Positions 55,100 to 57,334 of a stretch of 57,334 nucleotides of DNA are shown here, piece after piece (positions within the stretch are counted from its first letter, which is position 1; each line of letters begins with the position of its first letter). Source of the DNA: Candidatus Aenigmatarchaeota archaeon (GTDB lineage Archaea; Aenigmatarchaeota; Aenigmatarchaeia; GW2011-AR5); contig JAZDNV010000018.1 of the NCBI GenBank assembly GCA_043799385.1, positions 1 through 57,334 of the forward strand, given 5' to 3'. Under the pieces are notes generated by a model. The model saw nothing but the letters and a program-made list of their open reading frames with translations, was not told the origin of the DNA and searched no databases. The position numbers and the translations under genes are program-made.

Positions 55100-57334
55100 T
55101 CACCTTATAACAATCTGCGTTTTGTTTCCAGTTTCATTCCTCTCAAAGGTCAGCATGAATCTGCCGCTCTTTGAGAAATCGCCCACTATGTCGATATCAT
55201 CATACGTCAGTGCCACTTCTATCGGATACTCTGCTTGCGCTATAAAGCTAGAGAACGGCTTTGAAGTTCCATATGTCTTGACGTTAGGCATCTTCTCCCT
55301 TATGTTGTTGCAGCCGCCCTTTATCACAGGTATTATGAATTTATTTCCAGGCTGCTTCTGCGACAGCTTCATCTTGTATGAATTGCCTGTAGTGAGATTT
55401 ATGTAATCGAAAGTATTGCCGGCAAATACTATGCCGAACGTCGGCACATCTGTTAGAGATGAATCGTTCATGCACACGTAGTAATTATCCAATGCTGCGC
55501 CAGCGTAATACCCTGCTCCATTACGGTCGACTTCTGCAGCGTCATTCGAATTGCCGGATATGTTGAACTCGAACATTAATCCGATGCTGTTCATGCAACT
55601 GGCGGTGCGGTCGATGGTAATTGTTCCTTGCGATGAGTTCGTGTCAGCATAATATGTGTCAAGATGCGGACCGCCCAGGAATGTTCTCGTTCCGCCTTCG
55701 TATGTGCAGTCAGGCGTGAACACTATTGCACAATTGCCTTGCGAAGTGGAATTGCAGGCGAACTCTCCATAGATTCCTGATGATTTTTCGACCCATATCT
55801 TTCCGATGACGCCCTGCGGATAGATTCTCTTGCCCAAATCGTAGAACGTCAGCGTTATATTGATCGCATTACCTGTGCCGACTGCGGTGCCGTTGCCCTC
55901 TGTTATGTTTATTTGCAGCGTCCGATTAGCGAATATCTGCTTTGATACAGTGCTCACCGACGCATTGTAGTAAAGTGTTCCGTTGTGCGTTATAGTGCAG
56001 TTGAACGTGTAAGTTCCTGTAGGTATGCTATCTGTAACCCATGTATAATTCACAACACCGCTTGCATCTGTCGGACCTTCGTAAACTAGCGCTGTTTCAT
56101 TGTGTATCTTAACCTGGTAGTTTGCTATGCCAGTCGTCGAGTTCGCGTCGTTGACCAAGCAGTTTATTGATATGTTCTGCCCGACATTAACCGCGCTCGG
56201 CGCAATAATCGAAACATTCGACCAGCCATAAACGACTACGTTTCTCGCAGCCGCTGCGGAGTAGTGATATTGCTTTGAGACATTCGCGTATATCGTCTGC
56301 GTTCCTAATGGGTAATCACTTTGCACTAACCACGAACAGTCCTCGCTCGTGCACAGAGTATGCGTTGCATTGTGCCATCTCACTATCTCGAAGTCATCGC
56401 GCAGATTCGATATCCTTAGTTCATCAATGGTTGCGTTTGCCCTTGAATCAGATGAATCGCTATCATAACCGATCTCTAATAGATTAATTGTAGAAATTGG
56501 CGTGAATACCGTGCCGTTGGTCGAGTTCATCACCCTGTCTGCATACAGGCGAACATCATCGCTTGCTGAATCGTTCCAGTAAGCAGCAACGTGGTGCCAT
56601 TCATTTGCTTTCCAATCCACTTTCAGCTGCGTGTAGTTCGAGCCGACAAAGAAGACAATCGCATCTTCATCGGATGAATATATTATCTCGTACTTGTTGC
56701 TGCTTGGGTCTCTTGCAGTGAAGAACGTTTTGTTTGCAGTCGTGTCGTTAGTGTTCCACGTCAGGTTTACCCAGAATTCGACAACGCCGTGCGTCAGATT
56801 AATATTGCCGCTAGCCGAATAGCTCAACGTATCACCATGGTTCACTGTTATTCCACTGCCGTATTTTCCTGCAGAATAGCCTGTTCCTGAGCTGGCCGTA
56901 GGCGTCTCTGCCTCGTCGCATGTAGTCGAGTCGTTGAGGTGGCACAGCAATAATGTCTTTGCATCGCCTTTGTACTGGCTCATCGCTAATGACTGTGATG
57001 AATTTCCTATGGTGCTTGTAAGGCTTGCAATCGTTCCTTTGTGCACTATCTGGTTTTCAACCGGCGCGTTAATCGATATTGAAAGATTATCGTACACATC
57101 CAGATTGCGGCAATTGCTCCAGCTGCCATCGTTGCCATATCTATCTTTTCCGCGAACGCGCCAGTAATAGACGCCATTTGACAGGTTGACTGTGTAATTG
57201 CTTGCTGTTTGGTTTGATTCGTATAGCAATCCAGTGCAATCAGATTTGTTCGCTATCTGTATCGTATAATTGCTAAATCCTGCACAGCCGCTGTCGCTTG
57301 CAGATGACCAGTTGAACACAACAGTCTTGTTCGT
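55100..57334 (-). CDS. Large surface glycoprotein/adhesin with FN3-like and LamG (ConA-like) domains, 5'-partial
   Basis: YYWRVRGKD..GN (FN3-like), GVVEFWV...WHHVAAYW...IDELRIS (LamG) and many NxS/T sequons. Frame stays open to the window end. Confidence 0.8.
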   Translation of the reverse strand, partial: TNKTVVFNWSSASDSGCAGFSNYTIQIANKSDCTGLLYESNQTASNYTVNLSNGVYYWRVRGKDRYGNDGSWSNCRNLDVYDNLSISINAPVENQIVHKGTIASLTSTIGNSSQSLAMSQYKGDAKTLLLCHLNDSTTCDEAETPTASSGTGYSAGKYGSGITVNHGDTLSYSASGNINLTHGVVEFWVNLTWNTNDTTANKTFFTARDPSSNKYEIIYSSDEDAIVFFVGSNYTQLKVDWKANEWHHVAAYWNDSASDDVRLYADRVMNSTNGTVFTPISTINLLEIGYDSDSSDSRANATIDELRISNLRDDFEIVRWHNATHTLCTSEDCSWLVQSDYPLGTQTIYANVSKQYHYSAAAARNVVVYGWSNVSIIAPSAVNVGQNISINCLVNDANSTTGIANYQVKIHNETALVYEGPTDASGVVNYTWVTDSIPTGTYTFNCTITHNGTLYYNASVSTVSKQIFANRTLQINITEGNGTAVGTGNAINITLTFYDLGKRIYPQGVIGKIWVEKSSGIYGEFACNSTSQGNCAIVFTPDCTYEGGTRTFLGGPHLDTYYADTNSSQGTITIDRTASCMNSIGLMFEFNISGNSNDAAEVDRNGAGYYAGAALDNYYVCMNDSSLTDVPTFGIVFAGNTFDYINLTTGNSYKMKLSQKQPGNKFIIPVIKGGCNNIREKMPNVKTYGTSKPFSSFIAQAEYPIEVALTYDDIDIVGDFSKSGRFMLTFERNETGNKTQIVIR

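Noticed and set aside
1-57334. CRISPR array, rRNA, integrase/transposase, inteins in MCM or NrdJ
   Set aside because: No regularly spaced repeats, rRNA-like tracts or recombinase motifs were seen, and the protein lengths leave no room for inteins.

Overview
Compact archaeal chromosomal segment. Short, streamlined genes, archaeal ribosomal/RNAP/replication proteins and tRNAs without encoded CCA fit a DPANN-type lineage such as Aenigmarchaeota, but that assignment is inference. The window holds most of the informational core: TBP, MCM and an RPA2-like protein; diphthamide enzymes; a short XPF nuclease; the alpha/L13 operon; L7Ae-S28e-L24e; S27e-aIF2a-Nop10-PAC2-RpoK-enolase-S2; FEN1; and the full L3-to-SecY operon. 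It also carries a B12-dependent class II ribonucleotide reductase module, a GGPP synthase, a tetraether-synthase-like radical SAM enzyme, and an approximately 10 kb type IV pilus-like surface cluster at the right end. The most unusual non-coding signals are (i) a tRNA-Leu(UAA) interrupted by three introns and a tRNA-Gly(UCC) with a related intron, and (ii) three 89-98 bp MITE-like elements with terminal inverted repeats, 9-10 bp target-site duplications and a two-hairpin fold, two of which are homologous and show covariation. Several small genes absent from the ORF track were read directly from the sequence.
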